The position numbers and the translations under genes are program-made. From the NCBI GenBank assembly GCA_965235115.1, contig OZ249436.1, positions 10,666,001 through 10,730,000 on the forward strand: a stretch of 64,000 bases of DNA, given 5' to 3'. Below, piece by piece: positions 51,201-64,000 of this stretch (within the stretch, counting starts at the first letter, position 1; each line of letters starts with the position of its first letter). The stretch is from Laetmonice hystrix. Lineage: Eukaryota. The notes below the pieces were generated by a model. That model was not told the DNA's origin, ran no database searches, and saw only the letters and a program-made list of their open reading frames with translations.

Positions 51201-53109
51201 CCCCCCTACGGGACCACCAGGAGTGCTCAGCCAGCAGGCTTTCAACACCATGCTACAAGGGTCCACGGAGTTCTTGCCCACCGATGTTGCTAATGGCCAC
51301 ATCTTTACTCGCTATGTGAGTGCTGCACTCATGAGCACAGGGGCAGTCAATTTACCGACAGGTATACCGCAGTACAGTCCGCTGGCCCAGACAGGAGCTG
51401 AAGCAAGCACTACCCCTCCTGTTGCTGGCTCCTCTAAAGGTAAATGCTTGATCGGCTACGATTAGATGTAATAGTTCAAATCAAGGTAGAATGCAGATCG
51501 AATCAGAAAAGAGTGTTTATATTTGTTTTGATTAACCCATTTGCTACGTCACATGTATAATATGTTACGTCACAATAGTTCCTGTTTTACCCAAGGGAAA
51601 ATGTGGGGGACTGGTTGGCTTGAAAGTTTTTGTAGGAAAATGGCATTTTCATCCTTGATTAAGCCAAAAAAAACTTAAAATTTATTGATGACTTTCAAAT
51701 ATATGATTTTAAAAATTCTGATGAGTATTTCCCTCAAGAAATAAAACAGTAGGGGGCTTAACAGTGTAAAAAATAATGCCTTGAGGCAACATGTAGGAAT
51801 CGCTGGGGGTACCTCAGGGCGTCATGTTTAGCCAAATTGGTTAAAGGTGTCAAACAGACTGTCGAGGCTTCTCTGATATTTTTGCATATTTTTTTGGACA
51901 TGTTTTTATAAATTTAAATGGTTTCAGAAATCCATCGAATTTGGAGATATTTCTACCAGAGAATTGATTTATAAATATTTGACTGGGGATGTACTTATAA
52001 CTTTCCTGTAAGGTGCAATGAATGTTTCATTGTAGAATACATGTTCATGCTCTTTTATTTCCTGATCAGATGGCTCACCAATTCCTGCGGTTTCGTCAAC
52101 ATCATCACCGTCATCCAGCAATGCGCCCTCACCCACAGACCAAGTGAACGCTGTCAGTGACACCCCCCACCTCCCACGGCCAATAGGCACAGAAAGGGCC
52201 CACAAAAAACCACATGGGAGCCCAGCCTACCAGTCCATCTCTGAGGCTGGTGCCGCCAGTCTGTGGACCTTTAATACTGGTAAGTGTTGTGGAGGAGTAT
52301 GAGAAATATACCAAGATATATGTTGAATTGAGTCAAGTTAAAGATATTCAGACAAGCCTTATGTGCCTGGGTTTAAGGGTCGGCCACATGCACCAGGATG
52401 ACTGCCTGTTTTGTTTGAAAGACCTCACAAATGTACACAGTAGAGAATGTTAGTTGTGGCTTACGTTGTTTTCTGTTTGCCAGATATCGGGGCTGACTGG
52501 ATGTCATCCATGCCGATGATGACGACCTCAGTGGTGACCTCTACTGTCATGACCCCCGGACTGTCGGCTGAAGGAGGCGAACGACCAGCCATCAGCCCAC
52601 AGATGCTGGCCAATACTTTCCCCCCACCAGATGGCACCATAGATCCAAACATTGAATCACAATATGTAAGGCTTACAGTTGCTTTATTTGAAAGGCTCGG
52701 TACAGTCTGGGTCTTGTAAAGATTTTGTTCTCAAGATCATAACTTTGACTCAGCAGCATGTTATACATTCGATGAATTATGTTACATTTCGTATCTGTTC
52801 AGAGACTGAGCTTTTTTCACAAATACTAGTTGGGACGATGAAATATGTCGACGACTCCCTCCACTTACTCGTGGGTTATTGTTGCAGGGGCAAGCACCGG
52901 TGTTGATGGCCAGTAACGGTGGGACGGCGGTATTCGCCCCTAACGGAGTGCCGGCCGGGGCGGCAGCCGCGCTACCCATTCCACATCTGTACACGCAGGC
53001 GGCCATGGGTGCCGACACGCTACCCGCCATGTGGAACCAGCAACTCAAAGTACAGCAGGATGGCATGGCCCAAGATCCCAAGATGGTACGCGCACGCTAC
53101 ACAAACTGA
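29682..53109 (+). CDS. ANKHD1: MASK / ankyrin repeat and KH domain protein (ANKHD1/ANKRD17 orthologue), ~34 exons, ~3,218 aa
   Basis: Phase-consistent exons: 29682-29864, 33788-33947, 34220-34376, 34626-34776, 35179-35326, 35560-35793, 35992-36134, 36553-36742, 36920-37221, 37407-37622, 37765-37911, 38341-38443, 38763-39500, 39658-40296, 41274-41665, 41907-42362, 42490-42744, 43100-43445, 43607-43752, 44036-44178, 44935-45148, 45351-45526, 45688-45749, 45893-46089, 46414-46673, 46965-47098, 47258-47599, 47862-47967, 48267-48392, 48635-48802, 49431-51439, 52070-52279, 52484-52665, 52888-53109. Hallmarks are [41 protein letters not shown], two ankyrin blocks, [19 protein letters not shown] and a KH domain ([16 protein letters not shown]). 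Confidence 0.96.
36277..36500. mobile_element. Degenerate hAT-like MITE with 5-bp TSD
   Basis: Ends CAAGGATGTCTGATTT / AAATCAGCCACCCCTG, flanked by tagtt on both sides. Confidence 0.7.
40496..40918. mobile_element. Degenerate inverted-repeat element in a MASK intron
   Basis: Terminal TGGAATGGGG / CCCTATTCCA similarity, sub-terminal inverted repeats GCGGCAGCACTG..AAGC / GCTT..CAGTGCTGCCGC, and an internal TAACCT. Confidence 0.45.
42132..42300 (+). repeat. Coding CAG microsatellite (polyQ) in MASK exon 16
   Basis: 24 uninterrupted CAG at 42132-42203, followed by interrupted CAG/CAA/CCR tracts. Confidence 0.95.
44278..44922. repeat. 63-bp minisatellite, ~8 units
   Basis: Unit GAAGTTCTCCCATGTAATGCAGTGCTGGGTGGATCATGAATAATGTGACCATGGAACATGCCT. 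The period of 63 is visible at 44521 and 44584. Confidence 0.95.
44327..44462. mobile_element. MITE, PIF/Harbinger-like (CTG TSD), inserted in a minisatellite unit
   Basis: TIRs GGGCTCGTTTCACT(T)AACAC / GTGTTAAGTGAAACGGGCCC with a ctg duplication. Neighbouring repeat units show the empty site catgc-ctg-aagttc. Confidence 0.88.
48861..49165. mobile_element. hAT-like MITE with 6-bp TSD
   Basis: TIRs CATGGTTCCCA / TGGGAACCATG, flanked by tgtgta on both sides, with internal GGAAAAGTC(T/A)GG repeats. Confidence 0.82.
51536..51840. mobile_element. piggyBac-like MITE (TTAA flanks)
   Basis: TTAA-CCCATTTGC...GCCAAATTGG-TTAA, with an internal ATGCCTTGAGGCA palindrome. Confidence 0.55.
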
Positions 53110-54103
53110 AACGGCTCCCACGCGGTTTGATGACCGCACACTGCTCGCGCTTTACAGACACCAGTTTCAGTAGACAGTCAAACTCTAATATTAGCCAAAA
53201 GTATAGTTACTGAGGAAAATGGACCATAGACGAAACTCTATTGGAAGTGTAGGATTGAAGAATACTGATACAAATTCGATAAGTCCAGTGAGTGCAAGGG
53301 AAAAGGCAGTGGAGGTTCTGCTTTTAAACCAACATGGACATTTCTTTATTTCTAGATGATATAGGCCTACACCACTAGTTCATAGTTATTGACGAGTACC
53401 TACATACGATGCCTAAAGCCTGGATACATGTTGTAGAATTTCTTGCATTTCCAGTGAATAATGATAGGGTCTAGCATCCTACCAAGAGAAAGGTCAGTAT
53501 GAAATCCCGACCAAGAAAACATTTTGTGTATGGTGGTGCTGACCAGTAGCCCTCAAACCAGGCTTGGACTCCCTGTTTTAACTGGGCGTGTCTGTGGTGT
53601 GTTGTAGATGTGGAACTGGAACCCCCAAAATTAATGAGTGGTGCAGAGTAAGCATGTGGCTGTGGATCTACACGATGCCTGCCTACCTACGCGCCAGCCC
53701 AACATGCCACCACAGTGACAAAGATGAAATAGCGTAAATTCTCTGTGGGGAAAAAAAGAAGGCAGAATAATGGTGATAAATTTAACTATGGCAAACTCCT
53801 TTACGTGAACTGCCCCCCTACCTCTGCCATATTTATTGAGCCATATATTGACAGTACATCTGTTTGGCTGGGCAGTGGAAATCATCATTAGTTCCATATG
53901 TGTAGTGGACATTGCAGATTTTACTAAATTTTCTCTGTACACACATCTGGAAGCATAGTGCAGCAAGCAATGATTGGTTAGCGAGCAGATCAGGGCAAAG
54001 GCTGGTACTGTCTTTGCACTGCAAGACATGCATGCATCTTGGCCAAAAGGTCACCTTTTGCTTCTAAATATGTACAATGTGATATACACGTACTATACTA
54101 CAA

Positions 54104-54109
54104 GAATAA
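54104..54109 (+). terminator. Candidate MASK polyadenylation signal
   Basis: AATAAA about 1 kb after the stop, followed by a GT/T-rich tract (~54143-54160). Confidence 0.5.
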
Positions 54110-57026
54110 AAATTGCCCTTCAATGATAAAATGGAACCACGCTTGTTGATTTTGTGTTGATACATGCATTTATTACACGCTTACCAGTCCAACGGTGTCC
54201 CGATTTGATGCCGTTTTCTGCCAAGCCATAGAGGTTGAACAGATTGACCAAGGTCATGAATATGCATGCTTTGAGATTGTATAGTATTTAAGGAAAGCAA
54301 ACGTTAAGGGTTGACACTAACATCTTTATGTCTAACATCTTTATGTTTGCGTTGCATTTTGACAGAAATCAACCACGTTTATGCGTACCAGAACCTTGTT
54401 ATAATTGTCAAAGAATTAGAAAAAAATTTAAAAACGAAAAACGCCCTAAATAGCAAAAATGAGTGCCCGTTTAATTACAGTCTCAATCCCTATGGCCGAC
54501 TGCATGGGGCTGTATAATAATGTACAATAGAATATGTGAATATGCTGATTTTAGGTAAGAATATTTTCCACGAAGAATAACGCAACGTAATTATGTATAA
54601 ATCTTATATTCTTATTTCGTATGAAAAAAGGGGAATCGTCAATATATTTAACTGGAGATTCCTGTTGATTCCTTTAACCCCACATTATTTTCTTTTTGTG
54701 TATTGTAGATTAATAGTTCTCCAACGTAAATGGAAATAGACAAAAATCCTACCTAAATTTTATGTCAATAGCTATGAAGCCTTCTGCTATAACAGCGGAT
54801 AGGTGTTTAGAAACTGTTAAAGGGAAATAATTATAAAGTTTATAACGCTAGGAGAATATAAATGTAGTCTGTCAACAAAACCGATAAATGGGTCGCTGGA
54901 CAAAGAACAAGTTGGATCACTGACGGTCGGCCAACGCGGTGAATAACGACGGGTGAACTCGAAATCTAACCTCGAAGTTTGATCCATGTTGACGCAGGAG
55001 AGCCGAAAAAACTTATTGTGTGCACGTACTTATCTATTGGTCTATATCGCATACAGGTTTTTATACGCCTACCTGTCGTACCCGCGCAAATAATAGAATC
55101 TGCCAGTAAGATGTCCCAAGTCACTCTGGAGGAAGTTGAGGTATAAGTCGGCAAACCAAGGTGTTGGTGGGCCTTGGTTACGGACAATGCCTGCTACTAA
55201 CTGTAGAAGCTTTCACACGCGTTCCATAGTAATACTTGCATTGCCTCTTGGTGGTCCTACAATCGGCTTAGTACGTCGGCGAGCTGTGGCCGCGGTAGTG
55301 CTTGACAACACGCAGTGGTAAGCTGGGCGTCCACGGCCCCCTAGTAACAGATAAAGCAAGGGTGTCGCAGTCCTTGGGAATCTATAGCATTACACGGAAA
55401 AGGAATTGATCATTGTCACCTGGAAATATACAGGTAGGTTTTGTAAAATGTATTCTTCAAGTCAATGCAGCGGTTCTGTAGATTTGTAAAGATTCGACGA
55501 GTTACAATAGCGGGCAACGGACGGTTAGAGTACCTCGGGCACCATCGGGCCAACAGGTTGGTGGTAGAACAACGAACTTTCATGCGTGAAAGCGAAGTAT
55601 CACCAATGTTTATGAGGGAGCCGCCAAAATTAGTTGTCTTGCAAACTTTAGGGTACAAGAATTAGACAAATCTGTACGGAAACTTTCGAGTTCAGAGTTG
55701 TAAAATGTGTCTGATATCACAGGTACGGAGGTACCCTGTTTATCTGGATATTGCAGTAGTGTAGGAAGGAAAAGAATATTGGGGGGGGGGGGGGGGGAGG
55801 GGGGCTCTGCCCCCAGCTTCCTAGGCCCCTGTATTGAACACACGTTGTAGTATACATAGTCTATAAATAATTAGTTGACAACCTTTGACAACATCACAAT
55901 AAATGTGCTTGACTGTAGGCGTACACCAAGCTCTATTTGATAGGCCTGATACTGACTTTCCGCCGAGGAGACAATCCGTAATCTAAGTACTTTTGGAAAT
56001 CAAAGTCTACTTAGATATGAATATTCTTCGAAGTATTTCTTCGTAAGACCTCTCGAAAAGAAAGAGCAAGTCTTATAGAGAATGAGAATGGAAACGTTAA
56101 ATCCAGAGACCATTGCCCGTCTGCATAAATTCATACAAGTGTAGGCCTACATGTATAATAGTAGGCCTATTTAAAACTGCATAAGTCTACGTTGTATTGG
56201 TCTTTGTGTATACAAAGGAATTAAATGACGTACGATTCGTGATATAACTTTTTACCAACTTTACGGTATTCAAGCTTGATAGACTATTGCAAAGTTATTT
56301 TAATCATAATAAATGCCGCTTATAAAACATTATACGGTCTGCAGTCAGTGACAAATACAATATCTGCTCGTGGGGGATAAATGCCTGCCTGACAATGGGT
56401 ATTGCATTGTTTGGTTCCTAAACCCATTCTTAGTTACATTTCATGTAACGGCATTCCTCAATGATTGGTTGTCCCGTCGCTCCAGTTTATGGTACAGCAG
56501 ACCATTATTGTTTACACTGAGCACTGTGACATACTTCAGACCATGTACCTCTTAGCCTGTACATAATGTAGGCCTCTCAAAGTCCGAGGATCAATTGACT
56601 CGGCGCCCTGCAAGAGTAATTGCAGTTCAAGTTGCGATTGTATTCAAATGACAAGTTAGTGGTATAGGTTCGCCATGGTCTTAGGACAGCCCTTACTGGG
56701 CAATGACAAATTGATTTATGACACAACTGCTTCTGTTAGTGGACTGTTAGCAACAGATCTAAATGATCATAATATTATAATGCCAATATAGGCCTACCGC
56801 TTTATTGAGCAACAGGTGGCATATATAGTCCGCATTGCAGTCTCTCTACTTAATACGTTCATTTTATTCTGGACAGAAGTCTACTATTAAAATCTGAATG
56901 TTATAATTTCCCTATGCACATTTCCATGATAATTTCTATGTAGGCTATCTGCTTCTCATAGCAGCAAGAATGTATTGCATTACGAATGTATTGCATTAAT
57001 TAGATTATTATTGGATCTCTTTCAGT

Positions 57027-60000
57027 ATGAGTCAATCCGAGGTGTTCCGGCCTTCTAATGGTCCTTTATTAGTTCGAGGGAGCATCACGGAAGGTCCGCA
57101 AATGAGCTTCGACGTCTTCAAGAAGAGGTCGTCAATAGGAGGTCTTGGCTCCCGACCAGCTACTCAAGGAGGCTACCGTTTCGGACAGTTATCTCATAAT
57201 TCTTTCTTTGCTCGACACAACCCTCATCCTGGCCGCGTCAGACATCTCAAAGGTAGGTCTACGTTGACCAGTCCGCAGTCTTCGGAAATAGAAAAGGGCA
57301 GCAGTGTCCAGAAGAAATTCCAATAAGTCGCTTTAGGCTAATTGTAGGTCCATAGGCTATGGTATACGCCTTGGTTATCTCAGTCGTTGTTGTCCTGAAA
57401 CCTTGTTCAACTGGCCTGATCAGTTAGGGCAGCGTAAACGTGTTAAAAAACGGATATGGTGTATCACGTTCTGCTGATGTTGTGAGTTACATTCGGCCCA
57501 TAATATTCTAACTTGACTCTAAAATGTTTTTTTTCCAGGCTTGCTGGACGTGCCGATATGCTCTGTCAACGATGATGGATATTTTGCCAACCCGCGATAT
57601 TCTCTCAACTTCCCACCGAATAATTTCGACCAGAGCAAGATCAGTAAATCTAGCAAGTCCCTCATCCCGGTTAATGCGATCAACGTGAACAGTACCCTCC
57701 ACCCTGTAAACACCGTCACTGGACTGCAGAACTTCCTGGGAAAACCTCTCAACTTTAGGGTCTTCAGAGAAAAAGCCATCCCAAAGATGGGCATGGGTAA
57801 GTCGCACAAAACTCCAAATAAAGTGTATACGCCTTAGTTCTATCGCGTTTTCCAGGGGGGGGGGTGGACCGTTTCATTATGTGATTGCCTTATAGGCCTA
57901 TATATCTACTATTGTACTCATATACAAGGTTTCTCTATGGTGGAAAGGGATGGTGATTTACGAAATTTTCCGGTTCCCGCTTTAATATTAAACCCTTTAT
58001 TATATGCGGCTACAGTACCAGTGACGGAGGCATGGAGGGACGAATTGAGAGCCCTGACTGAGGCGTGTGGCCTGGCCGCGGGGAACCTCCCCAAGCCCGG
58101 CCGCCCCGCCACCATGGAGGCCCGACCTCACACCTCACAGTACTCCACGGAAACTGGTCGCCTCATCCCGCCCCCATCACGTGCCATGTCACGTGGTTCG
58201 TCACGTGCAGCCAGTAGGAATGGCTTTATCAACAAACTACAGCATATAACCGAGGAACCGGACATGGAGAACATGGTAAGAGACCGATTGCTTGGTAGAA
58301 TGACAATGAAACAGAACATATAGAAATTGGTTACTCGCCTTTGTTAGTTGAATTTGTTGAGTTTTAAACGATTTCCATTAGCCCACTTTAGGGCGCCTTT
58401 AATTAGATCTATGCCTACGTCTTTGGCCTTAATTGTTTCCTATGCCAACAGTTAGGCCGAAGCATCCAAAATGGTCTTACTTTCGCCGTTTGACAATGCT
58501 TTAATTTGTTTCCTTTTAATATCTTTTTGAAGGTCCTGCAAATGTTGTGTCAGATCTTGCAAACGGATGACGTCAATGCCGTCCAAAGCTGGCTTGTGTC
58601 TGCCGGTGACAGGGGTAAGTCGCCTAGGATTATTATATAGACCTATACAGACACTTTAGGGGGCCAATCTGTTTCATACTTTCGTTATGATGCGTTCACG
58701 TAGGGCTGCATTATTATTGAGAGGCCCCCTGGCGTTCAATGGTAGATCTACTGTTAGAAACGCTGAGGCCACCTAGCGGTCAGTGCTTGAATTTCTTAAG
58801 ACGTTCAGATTGAGATATATTTACCTCCATACTATTTACGCCTTTTTGCACCTTAGGGCTCAGAAAATGCCAAGATCTAGGGCGGTAAAGGGGAAGAGGG
58901 ATTTTGAAATATGGAATAATTAAGGCCCTACCCTCTTTTCACACGTTTCTTATGGCCTTCAGGCAGCCTTATCTCCTATAGGCACAGCAAGAATTCTTGC
59001 CTACAGTCCCAAAACCCTCTGGATCTGCCTCGACTGTAGCATTGTAGTACTGAAAGCTGCGGTCGGATATCACCTATAATTTCATTTTCAGTTTATCTTT
59101 TTATTCAGTTTCTATGAGGCGTAAGATCTGGGGTAGCCTATATTTTACTCATTGTACCGTACTTCGTACCCTTCAGAGAAAACCGCCGTATTGGACATGA
59201 TTCGTGCAGCGTTGTCCTCTAATGATGACTATTACAACCAGCGTCCTGCCGAGTATGCGGAGCCCAAGATTGATCCACTGGCTACAATAGGAGGCGAGAA
59301 TGCTGACAGGTAGATCTAAGCTTCCCACGCCACCTGTCTTAGTGAATGTGTGACATTAAGGGCGTCGTTTGATATGTATATAGTCTACCTCATAGCTGTT
59401 AAAATGTTCTTGTAAGCTTGGTTAATCAATTAACTCTTAATTTGGTCTCGATCTACAGAATTCTAGAATTAGCCCTTTATTCTTAAATAGGCCTATTCGA
59501 TTTAGAGACCTGGGACGTTATTCACAAAACACATGCAAAACTTGCGGACCCGCCAACTATCATTATCCAGCTGTTTCATAATAGTTTAATAAATGTTTCA
59601 TTTGAAGTTCATTAACATTGCAGGTTGACTCTTAGTGGGTCTCCGACTCCTGTTCGACCGGCCACCTCGTCAATGAACCCCTTCCAGAACCTGCCTGGCC
59701 TTGACGGTAGGTCAAAACCATTGGTCATATTTTGAGCGTAGGGTCTATATTAACGCTGGGGATTCTTTTTCGTAAACGAAATTATAATTTCGTACGCGAA
59801 ATTCATTTCGTAAACGAAATTATAATTTCGTACACGAAATTCTTTTTCGTAAACGAAATTATAAATTCGTAGACGTAATATCCATTTCGTATACGGAATG
59901 ACATTTCGTCTACGCAATAATCAATTCCGACAACGAAATTCACTTTTGTCCCAATGGCATTTAGTACACGAAATGGACATGATGGAGACGAAACTCCATT

Positions 60001-60983
60001 CTGTATACAGAATGGATAATTGTGGAGACGAAATAACATTTCGTAGACAAAATTTATTTTATGGGCACGAAAGTCAATTCCCTGGACAGAATTGATTATT
60101 ATGCAGACGAAATTGAATTTCTTACACGAAATGGACTTTAAGAGACGAAATTCCATTCTGAATAGGGAATAAAATTGTTAAGACGAAATTACACTTAATA
60201 GAAGGAGCAAAAATGTGCCATCATTCTCGTAAACGGAATGGATGTACTGTGGAGACGAAATAGAATTTCGTACACGAAATGAACACTATGGAGACGGAAT
60301 TCCATTTCGTAGACAAAATGGATGATTGTTGAGACGAAAGTGAATTTCGTTGACGGAATTGATTATTGTGTAGACGAAATGCCATTCCGTATACGAAATG
60401 GATTACGTCTACGAAATTATAATTTCGTTTACGAATGAATTTCGTGTACGAAATTATAATTTCGTTTACTTCGTTTACGAAAAGGAATTTCGTGTACGAA
60501 ATTATAAAGGTAACACTTGGCACCCCATAGGGGACTACCGAAAACATGTGGGGTAGGCATGTTAGAATTATTTACGTGGGCCTCGAAACCAGGGGGACGG
60601 GGACACGTCCGGCAAGCTTTAAATACCCAAAGAAAGATAGAACCTTCGAGTGAGGGGTAGGCCCTAGGCTAAGGTTCACCTTCAAGGGGTAGATCTAATG
60701 TTAAAGTGGTCAGGATTTATTGTAGGGTAGAATATTTTGCCTACCATCGAATACCCTTACGACGACCGTGGAACCCAACGATAAATGCACGATTTTTCTC
60801 AACGCCTTATGGTCGGACCGTGCTGAGATATTGGTTCTGTGTTTGACAGGAGATGGGCACACGGCCCTGCCCGACGTCTTCCAACGACCCAACATGACGG
60901 CCAGTGGTTACAGGCCCTCCCCGGGCCTCGACCGACCACGCACAGAGAGTGACAACGTTTGGAACCCTGAGCAGGCCATCTGA
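57027..60983 (+). CDS. TBATA: TBATA/SPATIAL-family protein, 7 coding exons, ~391 aa
   Basis: Exons 57027-57252, 57539-57796, 58016-58275, 58533-58614, 59177-59309, 59624-59706, 60850-60983 (1176 nt). Motifs [53 protein letters not shown] and VLQMLCQILQTDDVNAVQSWLVSAGDREK resemble the SPATIAL family. An acceptor directly before the ATG implies upstream non-coding exon(s). Confidence 0.85.
59763..60530. mobile_element. Fold-back DNA transposon relic built from TTCGT/ACGAA modules
   Basis: About 190-bp inverted arms (~59763-59955 versus ~60328-60490) made of repeated AATTTCGTA/TACGAAATT units, in TBATA intron 6. Confidence 0.75.
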
Positions 60984-61473
60984 AGTGGTACAACTGGTTG
61001 AAAATAGCGCAGAACAACCCAAATACATGTATTAAAGGTTTCTTTGCTTCGTTAAAGAGGTCTAAACACTACAACTTACAAAATATGCACCCGTCCATCC
61101 AAACCATAGCACCAACTACAACCGCTATGCCTCGTTCATTATTTATTTCAATAGTCTTAGTGAGAATAATTTGTATTGTGAGCACTGTATCCATGACACG
61201 TAAGTCTATGTGTAAGAATTTAACCATCACAAATTCTGTACAGTTGTAAGCCGAAGCTGTCTCTGGGAGCCGGCGTGTTGGAAGAGTAGGCCTAATTATA
61301 TTTCGAGCTTAGCATTACTTACATAGGTTCTACATACTCCGCTGTTACTTTTGTATGCAATAATTCACACAATCCTATGGCAATCTGAACTATAAAAGCA
61401 TACAATTATTCTTCAGTTCTGAAATATTCGTATACGGATTGAAATGATGAAATATGTTCCGGGTCCCTTTGTT

Positions 61474-61593
61474 ACTGATGTGCCGAGACTGAGCAACCGC
61501 AGATATAAACACACTGATGTTCCGAGACTGAGCAACCGCAGATATAAACGCACTGATGTGCCGAGACTGAGCAACCGCAGATATAAACACACT
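61474..61593. repeat. 39-bp tandem repeat, 3 units
   Basis: ACTGATGTGCCGAGACTGAGCAACCGCAGATATAAACAC begins at 61474, 61513 and 61552. Confidence 0.93.
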
Positions 61594-64000
61594 CCACATG
61601 GAGAAGATTAAATCGTGTACATACTAATTATTAAAAAAAACTGAGGTGAATAAAAGAAGCGCACTCTCAAATTGGAGTGTATTCATTGTGTGCGTAGAAT
61701 CTTGCATTGTATTGAAAAGTGTTTTCGTAAATTTTGGTATACTATGCCAAAATCAATATTTCCCTTAACTAAAGTTATTTAGAGGCAAACTGTAATAGAC
61801 AAAACATGATTGAATGGGCAGGAACACATTGAACCGCAGGCAACTCCTCGTTGATTTTTGCATTTTGTGTGAACTTTTATAGGCAAACTTTTACAGTTAT
61901 GAGGTTCTCAAAATATCTTGATAACGCTGTGACCAGGAGTGGGTCTTGAATCATCGATATCTGGTGACAAGAATTCTACGAACGTTATGTGTTTTGGTCA
62001 CAATTTATTTGCCTTTCACATTGTACAGTTGATCATTGAGTTTTTTATATATCACTAGAGTGAGCTCTTGATATACTAGTGTCATCTAAGTAGTTAAGGA
62101 AATTCGCATGAAGAGGCTCTTAATATGTAGTAATGAGGCCGAAATATAACTTATCTGGCTTAGGAAGGCCATTAAAACTACAAGAGAATTGAGTTTGAGT
62201 TTTTTCACTGACATTTTTCGACCCCCCAAAAAAGAAAGCAAATAATAGTTTACTACATTGTATATGCCCTTTACGCTTGATGTATGCGTTTAGCCTACAT
62301 TAACGTAGCGGCTTCACTGTCCGACGAGTATATGCGAGAGTATGATAAAACACGACATGACGCAGCACATCCTGTTATAATCGTCCATTGAGTGAAGCCA
62401 TCTCCGCCTAGTGTCGAGCTTGGGACAGTCAGTTTCCCGATTATATCAACTCTTGGATGGCATCCCCAACTACGACAAAATACCCCACGTTACCTGACTG
62501 GGTGGGATAAGCTACCCTGGCGATGGTGGTCACATCCAATCTCACTTGGGCCTAGGTATTTGACACTGCCTAATAAGTTTTATAATAGCTCATGCAGGTT
62601 TCCTTGGGAAGTATGGACACCTAGAGCGACACTGTCACTCGTGAGCCCCAAGCGATAAGAGGGTCCACTTGAAGGTGACTGGAATACGACACTAGATGGC
62701 CTGGAGCATGTTCTAACGGATGACAGTCTTGTGGCGTTAATGATAACCGACGTCATGATGCCAATCTGATCAACTTACTTTTTCAGGCGGTATTATCTGA
62801 TAGTGGCTTCGAAGTTGAGGAAAATAGACGCTAGATGCTTGATTCACAAACGCAGCCAGTGCAGTTCTATGTGGTTGTATTGTTTACATTTCCAAATCTT
62901 TCTTTGATTTGCTGTCAGATCAGGATGTATGCCAACGTATTTATAAATACGTTAGAACTGCATGTGATTTAGACCCTGGTTGTTACCGGGTACGGTATGT
63001 TGATTTAATAAGCTTTATCGATCTATATGTCTATACTTTTTGTGTCACTTTAAAGCTACATGACACTGGCCCGGTGGTTCCCACAAAATAACCATCGTGG
63101 TACAACAAACATGTTTTCACCAAATATTATTTCCGTTCAGAAAATCGGAAAGGATGTTTAAAGTAGAAAATACATAGATTCAATGGGGGTTGTGTTTTTT
63201 TTCTCGGGCTAACGAGATCATGCCTCCGCTAGACTTTCCTTCGTCTTGGTTTCCCTGCTGCTAGCAGCTGCGGTGGTGGATCCGCATAAGTTAGCTTCAT
63301 TTGAGGCCATGAGATGGCAATGTAGCAGGAGCCTATACTCTGTCCGCGCTAACTTGAGCTCGAGGCGGGGTCTCATTACCGGTGGGGGTTGGCCCAGTGC
63401 TGACGTAACCCAGTACCAGCCAATGGGGGCAGGGAGGGGCCCGTCGGTCAAGCCATTAGCAGCAATACTCATATAAACAAAATAAAGCCACGTGTGGCCA
63501 CTGTGCATGAGCTGAGATGTAGATCTCTATGCATGTTTCCAGCTGTTTTTATGCCAGTCGATTGATTACTTTCATGTGTTATACAATCACCTCTCTTAAC
63601 CAAGGGATATCTGGGATATCATGTACACACAGTAAGGGTTCTTTTTTGTGCTACCTCAGAGGTAGATCACAGAATTTCACACATCAGCATATCTTATTAC
63701 GTGGTGTTCTCGTCGTCATTTTATCGCAAATATCCGGTTTTAATTTGGAAAGAGAGGAGGTGTAAATTGATCCAGTCAGGAGAATTGAATAATAAAATGG
63801 GGTGGTTTACATCAAAGAAATGTGTTCATTAACTAGCAACCACACAGAAGGAGTGGGAATAACGATTAAATGAACCATCAGGACCATGCCCTCACTTGTT
63901 ATCAGACAGCTACTGAATACAAAGCTCAGACTTCGCAACTTCTATCCAACATGTCTGCATCTAAAATAAGGAAAGGCAAGGCTTTAGGAAGTCAAGCAAG

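Noticed and set aside
59803..60547. ORFs within the fold-back element
   Set aside because: Translations of repeat modules with no transposase motifs.
63218..63508. 96-aa minus-strand ORF as a terminal exon
   Set aside because: No convincing acceptor and no recognisable protein. It is better explained as regulatory DNA.

Overview
Intron-rich invertebrate animal genomic DNA, probably a marine bilaterian such as a lophotrochozoan (taxon is inference only). I reconstructed five multi-exon genes by hand using GT-AG sites and phase-consistent frames: (1) an uncharacterised ~686-aa coiled-coil protein (minus, 3658-8840); (2) PEX11 (minus, 12181-14989); (3) eIF3j (minus, 17847-27935); (4) a ~3,200-aa MASK/ANKHD1-ANKRD17 orthologue (plus, 29682-53109), head-to-head with eIF3j; (5) a TBATA/SPATIAL-family protein (plus, 57027-60983). 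Introns hold many short non-autonomous DNA transposons (3-bp CTG, 5-bp, 6-bp and TTAA target duplications), a fold-back element and minisatellites. No prokaryotic system, CRISPR array, rRNA or tRNA is evident, and I found no clear new multi-gene system. The best leads are a second promoter/mini first exon and cryptic exons inside eIF3j, tandem short uORFs in the MASK leader, a PAM2-like motif and KAPGY repeats in the MASK tail, a MITE caught inside a minisatellite, RFX-like sites in the uncharacterised gene, and DR1 elements upstream of PEX11.
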